Assembly (NCBI GenBank): GCA_014240055.1
Contig: JAAZXP010000002.1
Span: 10,040-74,039, forward strand
Length of the DNA: 64,000 nt
Reading direction: 5' to 3'
From: Methanobacteriota archaeon
GTDB lineage: Archaea > Thermoplasmatota > Poseidoniia > MGIII > CG-Epi1
Shown: positions 28,095 to 37,922 of the stretch, in pieces
Layout: each line of letters opens with the position of its first letter
Numbering within the stretch: position 1 is the stretch's first letter
Notes under the pieces: generated by a model
What the model was told of the DNA's origin: nothing
The model's database searches: none
What the model saw: only the letters and a program-made list of their open reading frames with translations
Made by a program: the position numbers and the translations under genes

Positions 28095-29209
28095 AACTTT
28101 TGTTGACCGCTATCTAATTTATCAGTCTCTGAAGATTCAACTAAACTAGTAATCTCTTCGATTTTATCAAGTGGTTTCTCAAGTTGCCTTCTTCGCGTAG
28201 AAACCATAGTATCATAATCTTTCTTAGCTGTATCCAAACTTCTTCCCATCTTATCCATAATTTCAACATATTTTTCCCATTGCATTTTAAAATTATTTAA
28301 TAAGTTCATAACTTCCGTTGCTTTCTTTTCCATTGCAAAATTGCTAATTGCTTGATTAATTAAAGAGAGAACAGCATACAGCGTAAGTGGTGAACAAAGT
28401 AAAACTTTATTCTCAAGAGCATAGTCAATAACATCACTGTCTTCCTTATTAATAAATGAAAAAATAGATTCATTAGGAACTAACATCAAAACATAATCTA
28501 CAGTACCTGACGAAGGATCAATGTAACTTCTTTTTGTTATATCTTTAACATGCTTCTTAACATCTTTAAGAAAACTATTTTTTTCACTTGAGCGTATTAA
28601 TTCGTCTTCTGTATCCACATATTTTTCATAATGGGCTAATGGAAATTTAACGTCCATATTAAGATGCTTTCCTTTAGGTAAATTAAATGTAAAATCTGGA
28701 CGTTCACCTGAATCAATAACTTCCTGTTTAGTGTAATTAATTCCTTCAATAAAACCGATTACATTCAAAATATCTTCAACGATTCTCTCACCCCATTGTC
28801 CTCTTTTCTGTGATGACGAGAGAATTTCTCGCAATTTTGATGTTGTTTCTCTTAAATCTTTTGTTTGAGAATTAGAATCTTCAAGACTTTGGTTAAGTTT
28901 AATTGAATGCTGCTCGATAGATTGTAATTTCTTTGACATTGTTTCTAAATTCCCATCAATTAACTTTTTCTTATTCTCCAGATCCTTATCAGCTTCCTTA
29001 GAAAGATTTTGAAATTTGTCATCAGCTATCTTAAGAAATTCTTCAGTGTTGGCCTTGTTTACATCAAATGCTACCGATTTGAAGGCCTTTTCCATTTCCT
29101 CCTTAATTCCCTCTAATTCTTCATCATTAGATTGATTTGTTTGATTAGCTAAATAATAACCTAGTCCAATTCCAATAATTAAACTAATTATAATGTAAAT
29201 CTCTACCAT
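28091..29209 (-). CDS. rmuC: RmuC-family DNA recombination protein
   Basis: N-terminal TM, a long coiled coil, then a RmuC nuclease-like domain (ERPDFTFNLPKGKHLNMDVKFPLAHY). Confidence 0.7.
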   Translation of the reverse strand: MVEIYIIISLIIGIGLGYYLANQTNQSNDEELEGIKEEMEKAFKSVAFDVNKANTEEFLKIADDKFQNLSKEADKDLENKKKLIDGNLETMSKKLQSIEQHSIKLNQSLEDSNSQTKDLRETTSKLREILSSSQKRGQWGERIVEDILNVIGFIEGINYTKQEVIDSGERPDFTFNLPKGKHLNMDVKFPLAHYEKYVDTEDELIRSSEKNSFLKDVKKHVKDITKRSYIDPSSGTVDYVLMLVPNESIFSFINKEDSDVIDYALENKVLLCSPLTLYAVLSLINQAISNFAMEKKATEVMNLLNNFKMQWEKYVEIMDKMGRSLDTAKKDYDTMVSTRRRQLEKPLDKIEEITSLVESSETDKLDSGQQKF

Positions 29210-29285
29210 TCTATATCTCTTAACGCGGGCTAATATTAATCATTTTATTACACAAAGCTATCTAAAAGTCATCCTTTAACATGTA

Positions 29286-29975
29286 TTGAGAATTGTACTA
29301 GTTGAACCACAACATCCCGGTAACGTAGGCGCTGTAGCTCGCGCTATGGCTAATTTTGGATTGACCGATTTAGCAATGGTAAATGGATGTGAACTAGCTG
29401 ATGAAAGTTATGCAAGATCTAAATCAGGGAGGCCGGTTTTAGAAAATTCAAAACGTTACAAAACTATTGAAGAAGCTATAGCAAATTGTGACATCGCTAT
29501 TGGAACTAGTGGAATAACGCCTGAAGGAGATAAAAGATGGTTTAGAGCTCCTGAAAACGTTGAGAAAATTAATGATATTATCACTGAAAGAGAAAATCCA
29601 GCATTGTTGTTTGGGCGAGAAAATTACGGACTTTACAGAGAGGAATTAGCTCTTTGTGAAACGACCATAACTATTCCTACAAATCCGGAATATCCAGTAC
29701 TTAATCTTTCTCATGCAGTTTCAATAGTTCTTTACGAAATAAAAAGAAAAGAGAAAGTAAAAGGTCCGAAAAAACGAAAAAATGTTTCTAACGACGAATT
29801 TGAAAGATTAGTTGAGAGAATTATGGATTTATTGGAAAATAGTAGCTATCCCAAGAGAAGACTAGATCGTTCTAAAACAACCCTAAGAAGATTAATCTCT
29901 AGAGGAAATCCTGATGAAGGCGAATATGAAAACTTAATGGGAATATTCAAGGCAATAAGAGAGGGAAAAAGATGA
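29286..29975 (+). CDS. SpoU/TrmH-class RNA 2'-O-methyltransferase (TrmJ-like)
   Basis: RIVLVEPQHPGNVGAVARAMANFGL matches the TrmJ N-terminus. TTG start. Confidence 0.7.
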   Translation: MRIVLVEPQHPGNVGAVARAMANFGLTDLAMVNGCELADESYARSKSGRPVLENSKRYKTIEEAIANCDIAIGTSGITPEGDKRWFRAPENVEKINDIITERENPALLFGRENYGLYREELALCETTITIPTNPEYPVLNLSHAVSIVLYEIKRKEKVKGPKKRKNVSNDEFERLVERIMDLLENSSYPKRRLDRSKTTLRRLISRGNPDEGEYENLMGIFKAIREGKR

Positions 29976-30439
29976 AATATATTATGGTTACTGGCCCAAT
30001 GGGAGCTGGGAAGTCAACATTTATGAGAAGTTTACCTAAACCTCAAGAAAACTTTGTTGTACCTAGCAATGTTCCTGACATGATGCTAGATTATTCATGT
30101 AAATTAAAAAAAATGATGTTTTACGAAATCGATGCACCGACCGCTACTGGAATAGCTTGGATAGATTGGATTAAAGCTGCAAACACACAGCTTATTGTTG
30201 GAAATGGAATAGAAGGACCTGATGAATATTTTATTGAATTATGGAACTACTTAGTTCAAAATACTCCCGAGACTCAAAGAGTTATTATACTAAATCGCAC
30301 AGATAAGATTACAGACGAATGGAAAACTTATGCAAATGAAAAAATAATGTGTATTGGAATCGGGAATACTATTGATGAAGAAACAGCAATAGCTGCCGAA
30401 AATGATATTTCAGCCATTATAGATTATCTAGAGGAATAA
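29972..30439 (+). CDS. small P-loop GTPase-like protein
   Basis: G1 motif GPMGAGKST and G4-like NRTD. 155 aa. ATGA overlap with the preceding methyltransferase gene. Confidence 0.5.
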   Translation: MKYIMVTGPMGAGKSTFMRSLPKPQENFVVPSNVPDMMLDYSCKLKKMMFYEIDAPTATGIAWIDWIKAANTQLIVGNGIEGPDEYFIELWNYLVQNTPETQRVIILNRTDKITDEWKTYANEKIMCIGIGNTIDEETAIAAENDISAIIDYLEE

Positions 30440-30440
30440 A

Positions 30441-30866
30441 ATGAATAATGATAAAAAAATTGAAAGCTTGAGATTTCTTTTAGCTGCAGCAAGTCAAATC
30501 TACGGTGAAAAGAAATTACTTCAAATGTTGAATACACAAGGTGCTCCTCAACATGAACATATAGAATTGCTCGTAAATGACCCTGGACTAAGATTTACAC
30601 ATTTAACAATGGCGCTAAAGGAATCTGATGACTTTATTTCCCAATTAGAAAATCGATTAACTGAATTATGCAATATCGCAGATAGCTTAGAAATTGGTAA
30701 ACCTGAAAATATTAGAAAATGGTTGAGTGATGACTGTAGGCCCTGTATAGTAGAACACATTATTCAAGGATATGAAGATGTATATCATATTATGATTGAA
30801 TTGGATAATAGGCTAATGTGGCCTGGTTGGCCCCTTATTGGGAAATTACATGACCCAATAGAATAA
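30441..30866 (+). CDS. hypothetical protein co-transcribed with the GTPase
   Basis: 141 aa, starting 2 nt after the GTPase stop with GAGGA 6 nt upstream. No known motif. Confidence 0.3.
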   Translation: MNNDKKIESLRFLLAAASQIYGEKKLLQMLNTQGAPQHEHIELLVNDPGLRFTHLTMALKESDDFISQLENRLTELCNIADSLEIGKPENIRKWLSDDCRPCIVEHIIQGYEDVYHIMIELDNRLMWPGWPLIGKLHDPIE

Positions 30867-30914
30867 AGAGGAAGAAGATTAATACTACATTCAATACACG
30901 ATTCTGAGGATACA

Positions 30915-33617
30915 ATGAGTAAAGCACATGTTTATCGATTTGGACCAGGCATGACTGATGGTGATGCTGAGATGAAAAACCTATTGGGTGGAAAAGGGGC
31001 AAACCTTGCTGAAATGGCTATTTTAGAAATTCCAGTACCTCCGGGATGCACAATAACTACTGAAATTTGTACATACTATAATGAAAATAATAAAAGCTAT
31101 CCTAAAGAATTAGAAGAACAATTAAAGAATTCCATTAAAGATATTGAAAATAGCGTAGGAACTGTATTTGGAGATCCAGATAATCCTCTGTTACTATCTG
31201 TGCGATCTGGGGCTAGAGCTTCAATGCCAGGTATGATGGAAACTGTTCTTAATGTAGGGCTAAACGATTTTACAAGAGAAGGATTAATTTCTAAAAGTGG
31301 CGATCCAAGATTTGTATATGATGCTCAAAGAAGATTAATTCAAATGTATTCTGATGTTGTTATGGAAAAAGCCTCTGGAATTGAACCTGAAGAAGGCATG
31401 GGAATTAGAAACCAATTAGAACATGAATTGGAAAAAATGAAAGAACAAGCTGGCGTGACTGAAGATACTGAATTGTCTGCTATGAATTTGAAAGATTTGG
31501 TTGAAATCTATAAAGGAAAAGTTATCGAAGTCCTAAAAAAACCATTCCCAGAAGATCCTTGGAAACAATTATGGGGCGCTATTTCAGCTGTTTTCCATTC
31601 ATGGGATGGAAAAAGAGCAAAGGCTTACAGAAAAATTGAAAATATACCTGAAGAATGGGGAACTGCTGTTAATGTACAAGCAATGGTATTTGGAAATCTA
31701 GGAGACGACAGTGCTACAGGCGTCGCATTTACTAGAAATCCAGCAACTGGTGAGAATAATTTCTACGGAGAATGGCTAGCAAAAGCTCAGGGGGAAGATG
31801 TTGTAGCCGGGATAAGAACACCTAATCCGCTCAATGAAGTCTGTAGAACTGAACACAGTGGAGATTTATCTAGCTTAGAACAAGAATATCCACACTTGTA
31901 TAACGAATTAAACGAAATTAGAATCAATCTTGAAAAACATTACAATGACATGTTAGACATTGAATTTACTATTCAGTCAGGAAAATTATGGATGCTACAA
32001 TGCAGAATAGGCAAGAGAAATGGACCTGCTGCAATTCGTATGGCATCTGAAATGGTTAATGAAAAAATGATTGATGAAAGAACAGCAGTAACTAGAGTGT
32101 CGCCATCACAATTAGATGAATTATTACATCCAATCGTTGATCCTGATATGGAAAAAGTAACTCCATTGCTTGCAAAAGGACTGCCTGCAGGACCTGGAGG
32201 TGCTACCGGAAAAGCTGTTTTCACAGCTCAAGATGCTGTTGATTGGGCTGAAAAAGGAGAAACTGTTGTATTAGTTCGTGAAGAAACAAATCCAGAAGAT
32301 GTTGAAGGGATGCGAGCTTCTGTGGCTATACTAACCTCGAGAGGGGGAATGACATCGCATGCAGCTTTGGTTGCAAGAGGTTGGGGAATGTGCTGTATAG
32401 TTGGTGCTGGTGAAATGAAAGTTGATTCTATTAAGAAGGAATTTGTAGTAGAAGGAAAGACCATAAAAGAAGGCGATTTGATAACTTTAAATGGAACTGC
32501 TGGAAAAGTTTATGAAGGTGAATTACCACTAATTGAGACTGACATTACTAGTGATTATCTAACTCATTTCCTAAGTATGTGTGATGGAATAAAGAGAATG
32601 AAAGTTAGGACAAATGCTGAAACTCCATCAGATGCTAAACGAGCCCTAAGCTTTGGAGCTGAAGGTATTGGACTCTTTAGAATAGAACACATGTTCTATG
32701 GAGAAGGTTCTGAAAAACCCTTATTTCATCTTCAAGAAATGATTATGGCTAACAGTCCCGAAGAACGTAAAACTGCTTTAGATCTGTTATTTCCATATAT
32801 GAAAAATGACATTAAAGATACATTGAAAACAATGGAAGGCCTTCCAGTTACAATCAGATTAATGGATCCTCCATTACATGAATTTATCCCACATGATGTT
32901 AATAGACAAACTGAGCTTGCAGAATCACTTGGAATTGATTCTACTGAATTAGCTAGAAGATCAGATGCATTAAAAGAATCGAATCCAATGATGGGACACA
33001 GAGGTGTGAGATTAGGAATCACCCATCCTGAAATTACCGAGATGCAAGCACGAGCCATCCTTGAAGCTGCAGCTGAATTAAACATTGAAAATGTAAAAAC
33101 TTTCCCTGAAATAATGATTCCATTGACTGGTATGGAAACTGAATACAATCATCAAGAAAAAATTGTCCGAGAAGTAGCTGAAAATACAGAAGGATTAGAC
33201 AATTATATGGTTGGAACAATGATGGAAATCCCAAGAGCAAGTTTTGTTGCAGACCGAATTGCAGAAACTGCTGAATTCTTTTCATTTGGTACTAACGATT
33301 TGACACAAATGGCATTTGGATTTAGCCGTGATGATACTGGAGGATTTATGCCAGCATATCTAGAATTAGGATTATTACCTGAAGATCCTTTTGCAAGTCT
33401 TGACGAAGGTGTTTGTGAATTAGTAAAAATGGGAATTGAAAAAGGAAGAAAAACAAAACCTAATCTAAAGATTGGAATTTGTGGTGAGCATGGTGGTGAA
33501 CCAAAATCAGTCCACTTCTGTCATAATGTAGGTATGGACTATGTTTCATGCTCTCCTTTTAGAGTACCTATCGCCAGACTTTCTGCTGCACAAGCAGTAT
33601 TGAACAATGAAAAATAA
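30915..33617 (+). CDS. ppdK: pyruvate, phosphate dikinase
   Basis: 900 aa. Phosphohistidine segment GGMTSHAALVARGWG, an N-terminal ATP-grasp domain and a C-terminal PEP-utilising TIM barrel. Confidence 0.9.
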   Translation: MSKAHVYRFGPGMTDGDAEMKNLLGGKGANLAEMAILEIPVPPGCTITTEICTYYNENNKSYPKELEEQLKNSIKDIENSVGTVFGDPDNPLLLSVRSGARASMPGMMETVLNVGLNDFTREGLISKSGDPRFVYDAQRRLIQMYSDVVMEKASGIEPEEGMGIRNQLEHELEKMKEQAGVTEDTELSAMNLKDLVEIYKGKVIEVLKKPFPEDPWKQLWGAISAVFHSWDGKRAKAYRKIENIPEEWGTAVNVQAMVFGNLGDDSATGVAFTRNPATGENNFYGEWLAKAQGEDVVAGIRTPNPLNEVCRTEHSGDLSSLEQEYPHLYNELNEIRINLEKHYNDMLDIEFTIQSGKLWMLQCRIGKRNGPAAIRMASEMVNEKMIDERTAVTRVSPSQLDELLHPIVDPDMEKVTPLLAKGLPAGPGGATGKAVFTAQDAVDWAEKGETVVLVREETNPEDVEGMRASVAILTSRGGMTSHAALVARGWGMCCIVGAGEMKVDSIKKEFVVEGKTIKEGDLITLNGTAGKVYEGELPLIETDITSDYLTHFLSMCDGIKRMKVRTNAETPSDAKRALSFGAEGIGLFRIEHMFYGEGSEKPLFHLQEMIMANSPEERKTALDLLFPYMKNDIKDTLKTMEGLPVTIRLMDPPLHEFIPHDVNRQTELAESLGIDSTELARRSDALKESNPMMGHRGVRLGITHPEITEMQARAILEAAAELNIENVKTFPEIMIPLTGMETEYNHQEKIVREVAENTEGLDNYMVGTMMEIPRASFVADRIAETAEFFSFGTNDLTQMAFGFSRDDTGGFMPAYLELGLLPEDPFASLDEGVCELVKMGIEKGRKTKPNLKIGICGEHGGEPKSVHFCHNVGMDYVSCSPFRVPIARLSAAQAVLNNEK

Positions 33618-34311
33618 CCAAAATAGCGCTCAAAGATTACTTGAAATTAGTGTGTTTTTAGGAATAGGGACCTTAATCATTACATATATTGTTTCAACAA
33701 CTAGTGGAAGAGTTGCACCATTTATTCCAATTATCTCCGAAATGCCATTCAATGACCCTGAAGGATCAATATTTGGCATTGGACTTGGAATCAGCATGTT
33801 CAGTTTTCTAATTTTAGCTCAGGTGTTTCACAAAATCTTCAAACCGTTATCAAAAGAAATTGATAGTAATTATGAAAACATGAATGATTTAATTAGAATA
33901 ATAGCAACACTGGGAGCTATTTGCGGAATTATAACTGTTAATTTTAATTGGGATACTTATCCTATTTTACATGGAATTACTGCATTTATATTATTTACTT
34001 CATTTTTAATTTGGAATACTTTTGCCTATCTTGTCTTAGAAAAATCTGGAAAGGGAAATAGCCTTCGGAAATATGCAGTTTATGCAGGATGGATGTTCTA
34101 TGTGTTTATGGCTATCTTTAGTGTACTTGATAACCAAGAATTACAAAAAGAAGAAGGTGATTTTTTCTATAGGATGAATAATCCTCCAACTGTAGATACT
34201 GAAAGATCAATGTATCTAAATATCACGGCATTTTGTGAATGGGCCATGGTATTTTCGTTCTATACTAGTGCTCTTACTCATAAAAAGGAACTGGAAGGAA
34301 TTTCTATCTAA
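33607..34311 (+). CDS. polytopic membrane protein, unknown function
   Basis: 234 aa with about 6 TM helices. Lacks the Asp/GxGD motifs of A24 prepilin peptidases. Confidence 0.35.
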   Translation: MKNNQNSAQRLLEISVFLGIGTLIITYIVSTTSGRVAPFIPIISEMPFNDPEGSIFGIGLGISMFSFLILAQVFHKIFKPLSKEIDSNYENMNDLIRIIATLGAICGIITVNFNWDTYPILHGITAFILFTSFLIWNTFAYLVLEKSGKGNSLRKYAVYAGWMFYVFMAIFSVLDNQELQKEEGDFFYRMNNPPTVDTERSMYLNITAFCEWAMVFSFYTSALTHKKELEGISI

Positions 34312-34357
34312 TTTTTGAAAGTTAAAAGTTTATAGTGGCTCTGCATTCGCAGTATAC

Positions 34358-34933
34358 TTGGCCACTGTCGAACAGGAATTATTATACGCCATTCGTGCTA
34401 TTGAAGTTCTTCTGGAATCTGGCGTTGGTATTGCTGAAGCAATGAAGCATATTGCCGATGAAGATTATGGTGAGCTGAGCACAATTTTTAAACAAATATT
34501 TTCAGACACAGATGGAGGTCGGAACTTTAGTGATGCAATACGTACTCAAATGAGAAGTACTGATTCATCCGGTCTAAGAAAAGTTCTATCTACTTTGATT
34601 ATGTCAATTGAAGAAGATACGAATGTTATTGACCGCTTAAGATCTATTGCAGACAAAGAAGCAAGAGAACGACGTGTAAGTTTAGATACATTCATTGAAG
34701 GATTGACTGCGACATCTGAACAGTTTCTAATTGTATCGATTCTAATTCCAATTATTGTAGTAATTGGGGCAGTTGTAAACGGAATAATAGAATCTGCAAA
34801 AGCTGCAGGCGGTGGATTTCTTGGTAATACACCTGAAATGCCAACTGTATGTGTACCAATTTTATTTGGTATAGCTAGTATAATTATTGTTGGAATGGTA
34901 TTTCAAACTAAAGCAAGGGAGCCTGGAGTATGA
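34358..34933 (+). CDS. T2SSF-domain (TadB/FlaJ half-like) membrane protein
   Basis: Cytoplasmic helical N-domain followed by 2 TM helices. TTG start. Confidence 0.55.
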   Translation: MATVEQELLYAIRAIEVLLESGVGIAEAMKHIADEDYGELSTIFKQIFSDTDGGRNFSDAIRTQMRSTDSSGLRKVLSTLIMSIEEDTNVIDRLRSIADKEARERRVSLDTFIEGLTATSEQFLIVSILIPIIVVIGAVVNGIIESAKAAGGGFLGNTPEMPTVCVPILFGIASIIIVGMVFQTKAREPGV

Positions 34934-35694
34934 GCATACTAGACGATTTGTTCAGTGGAGATGGAATGGGCGATATCTATGGCCTCATATGGATTGGATT
35001 AGGAATATGGGCTGCTGTTGGACTTTTCTTTTACATTCCTGCCAAAAGAAAATTAGACCGAATTAATGAATTGGAAATGGTATGGCCTGATGTTCTAGCT
35101 GATTTAGCTGAAGAATTAAGAGCTGGAATGGGTGTAGAATCTGCATTAGATGCAATTTCACGTTCGAGGAGCGATCGTATGGGTGTTATGCTTAAAGCTG
35201 CAGTTGAAAGAATGAGAGACGATGGTTTTGGAATGGCAATGAAAGACTTTGCTAAGAAAACTGAATCTCCTATGATTTCAAGAATTGTTAGTATCCTGAA
35301 TGTCGCATTAGGTTCATCTGGAAGCTTTGCTACTACTCTCGAAAATATATCTGAAGAATTCTGGGAAATATATATGCTACGTAAAGAAAGAATTACCAAA
35401 ACACAAAGTACTGCAAACTTTATTCTATGGGGAGGATCAATTATCTGTCCTGTCCTCTTAGGAATAATTGTCGCAGTATTTGGAAGTGGAAAAGCTGGAT
35501 CTATTACATTAGATGTAAAATTAGATGTATTGAACCAAGCTATGTTTTTCTACATGATGGTTTTAGGCGCTGGAGGTGTGTGGATGCAATCTGTAATTTT
35601 ACAAACTACTAAAACGGCAATATGGAGAATGCCAATGTATATGTTCTTAGCAACAACTGTACTTCTATTATCTCTAAAAATATCTATAGTATAA
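34930..35694 (+). CDS. T2SSF-domain (TadC/FlaJ half-like) membrane protein
   Basis: TM helix, then a cytoplasmic helical T2SSF-like domain (LADLAEELRAGMGVESALDAI...), then 3 TM helices. Confidence 0.6.
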   Translation: MSILDDLFSGDGMGDIYGLIWIGLGIWAAVGLFFYIPAKRKLDRINELEMVWPDVLADLAEELRAGMGVESALDAISRSRSDRMGVMLKAAVERMRDDGFGMAMKDFAKKTESPMISRIVSILNVALGSSGSFATTLENISEEFWEIYMLRKERITKTQSTANFILWGGSIICPVLLGIIVAVFGSGKAGSITLDVKLDVLNQAMFFYMMVLGAGGVWMQSVILQTTKTAIWRMPMYMFLATTVLLLSLKISIV

Positions 35695-35696
35695 AC

Positions 35697-36929
35697 ATGG
35701 AACAAGGACGAATTATTGAAAAATATGATACCGCAAATATAGTCGAGAGACCTGGTTCTCAACGGCCTCTTTATCAAGTTACAAAAGCAACCAGTTCTCC
35801 TCAATATGGAGCATTGAAACCTCTTTTGGACGACGATAATTTAGAAGAAATAATGTACAATCATCCTGAAAGGGCAATTATGGTGGCTCATAGAAAGCAC
35901 GGAATGTGCGTGACTAACGTTAAAATGACTGGAGATGAAGCTACAGCCATAATCAAAAGAGTGGCTAAATATGTTGGAAGAAATATAGGTCCTGGAAATT
36001 TATTATTAGATGGAAGATTACCTGATGGAAGTCGTGTAAATGCAACAATCCCGCCTGTTTCTCCAAATGGTCCAACAATGACCATTAGAAAACAAATGAG
36101 CGACCCGTTAACTGTAGTGGACTTGATGAAATTTGGAACAATGTCTCCTCGTTTAGCTTCACTATTATGGATGTTTACGGATGGAATGGGAGCAGCACCC
36201 TCTAATATCCTAGTAGCTGGAGGAACTGGTTCTGGAAAAACTACAACTCTAAATGTTTTAGGATTATTTATCCCTGCTAAAGACAGATTAATTACAATTG
36301 AAGATGTTACTGAAGTTCAATTAAAACATGAACACCATGTACAACTTGAAACCTTCAACTCTACAAAACCTGAAGAGCCTGAAGTTAATATGGACTCATT
36401 ATTGAAGAATACCTTGCGAATGAGGCCTGATCGCATTATTGTTGGTGAAGTTAGAGGGCCTGAAGCTAAAACTCTGTTTACTGCAATGAATACTGGTCAC
36501 GAAGGTTGTTTTGGAACAGTACATGCTAATACTGCTCAAGAAACAGTTTCAAGATTAATTAATCCACCTATGGAAGTTCCACCAATAATGATGAATGCCT
36601 TACATTTGATCATTATGCAAAGTCGTATTGCTGTAGGAGGAAAACAAATACGAACTATAACTGAAGTTTCTGAATTAGCTGGACTAGAGGGCTCAAAGCC
36701 TAGATTGAATACGCTGTTCAAATGGAATGGTCAAACTAATAAATTAGAAGAAACTGGAGTTCCTAGTAAATTAAGAGAACGGATTTCTAAAGCTGCAGGA
36801 ATTGCACCAAGGCAATTTGATGAGATGGCACAAAATAGACAGAAAATTCTTGAATCTTTAGTTCAAAGAGGCTACAACGATATTAAGCAAGTCAGTACTG
36901 TCGTTCAAAATTATTACGCTAAGATGTAA
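35697..36929 (+). CDS. type IV filament/secretion ATPase (CpaF/TadA/VirB11 family)
   Basis: Walker A GGTGSGKTTTLN, Asp box, Walker B and His box (RPDRIIVGEVRG...TGHEGCFGTVHANT). Start re-assigned to the ATG 2 nt after the upstream stop; the tracked start at 35622 would overlap by 73 nt. Confidence 0.8.
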   Translation: MEQGRIIEKYDTANIVERPGSQRPLYQVTKATSSPQYGALKPLLDDDNLEEIMYNHPERAIMVAHRKHGMCVTNVKMTGDEATAIIKRVAKYVGRNIGPGNLLLDGRLPDGSRVNATIPPVSPNGPTMTIRKQMSDPLTVVDLMKFGTMSPRLASLLWMFTDGMGAAPSNILVAGGTGSGKTTTLNVLGLFIPAKDRLITIEDVTEVQLKHEHHVQLETFNSTKPEEPEVNMDSLLKNTLRMRPDRIIVGEVRGPEAKTLFTAMNTGHEGCFGTVHANTAQETVSRLINPPMEVPPIMMNALHLIIMQSRIAVGGKQIRTITEVSELAGLEGSKPRLNTLFKWNGQTNKLEETGVPSKLRERISKAAGIAPRQFDEMAQNRQKILESLVQRGYNDIKQVSTVVQNYYAKM

Positions 36930-36933
36930 GCAT

Positions 36934-37911
36934 ATGGTAAGCACTTATTCTGAAGCTGGAGTAGATATCGATGCAAGTGAAAGAGCTACTGAAGCTCTCA
37001 TTGCACAAATTAAAAGCGTTAACAGAAAGGGTGACGGTGAAGCCATAAAATTAGATAATGGATTTGCAGGACTAGTCAAACTTGGAGATGGTGCATTGGC
37101 AATGTGTACAGATGGTGTTGGTAGCAAATTATTACTAGCTGAAGAAATGGATTCGATACACACAGTTGGAATAGATTGTGTTGCAATGAATACAAATGAT
37201 CTAATTTGTGTTGGAGCTGAACCACTAAGTTTTGTAGATTATATCGCACTTGATAAGCCAGATGAAAAATTGATGGCTAAAATTGGAATGGGGCTAGCTG
37301 AAGGCTGTAAACAGTCTAATTGTACCCTTTCAGGAGGAGAAACTGCAATTCTACCTGAATTAGTTCACGGTTTTGACATTGCAGGAACTTCTGTTGGTTA
37401 TGTAAAACAAGACAAAATTATTGATGGAACTAAAATTTCTGAAGGTGATATCTTAATTGGATTAAAATCAAGTGGACCTCATTCAAATGGGTATACTTTG
37501 ATTCGTAAATTATTTGACGGGGATAAAGACATTGGAAAACAGCTTGTTGAACCTACTAGAATTTATGTCAAAGAAGTAATGAACTTGATTAAACAAGTAG
37601 AAGTCCATGGAATTGCTCACATTACAGGAGGTGGATTAGACAATATTAATCGAATAAATGACAATTTTCAATATTTAATCGATAATCCTTTACCTGTACC
37701 TTCTGTATTTGATTGGTTACAAGAAAAAGGAAGTATTGAAGACAAGGAAATGTATCGAACATTCAATATGGGAATGGGGATGATAATTATTGTTAACAAA
37801 AATGATGCCGAGAAATCAGTATCAATTCTTGGAGAGCATGCGCAAATTATTGGTTCTGTTAGAAATGGAAAAGGTGTTGAACATAGCCAAGTAACAACTG
37901 ATCTCGCTTAG
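36934..37911 (+). CDS. purM: phosphoribosylformylglycinamidine cyclo-ligase (AIR synthetase)
   Basis: YSEAGVDIDA N-terminal motif and PurM-like N/C domains. 325 aa. Confidence 0.8.
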   Translation: MVSTYSEAGVDIDASERATEALIAQIKSVNRKGDGEAIKLDNGFAGLVKLGDGALAMCTDGVGSKLLLAEEMDSIHTVGIDCVAMNTNDLICVGAEPLSFVDYIALDKPDEKLMAKIGMGLAEGCKQSNCTLSGGETAILPELVHGFDIAGTSVGYVKQDKIIDGTKISEGDILIGLKSSGPHSNGYTLIRKLFDGDKDIGKQLVEPTRIYVKEVMNLIKQVEVHGIAHITGGGLDNINRINDNFQYLIDNPLPVPSVFDWLQEKGSIEDKEMYRTFNMGMGMIIIVNKNDAEKSVSILGEHAQIIGSVRNGKGVEHSQVTTDLA

Positions 37912-37922
37912 TTCAATACGGA

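Noticed and set aside
33607-34311. The polytopic membrane protein upstream of the Tad-like module as the missing A24 prepilin peptidase.
   Set aside because: There is no conserved pair of catalytic Asp in cytoplasmic loops and no GxGD/GDVK-like motif. The hydrophobic pattern differs from the FlaK/PibD/TadV family.
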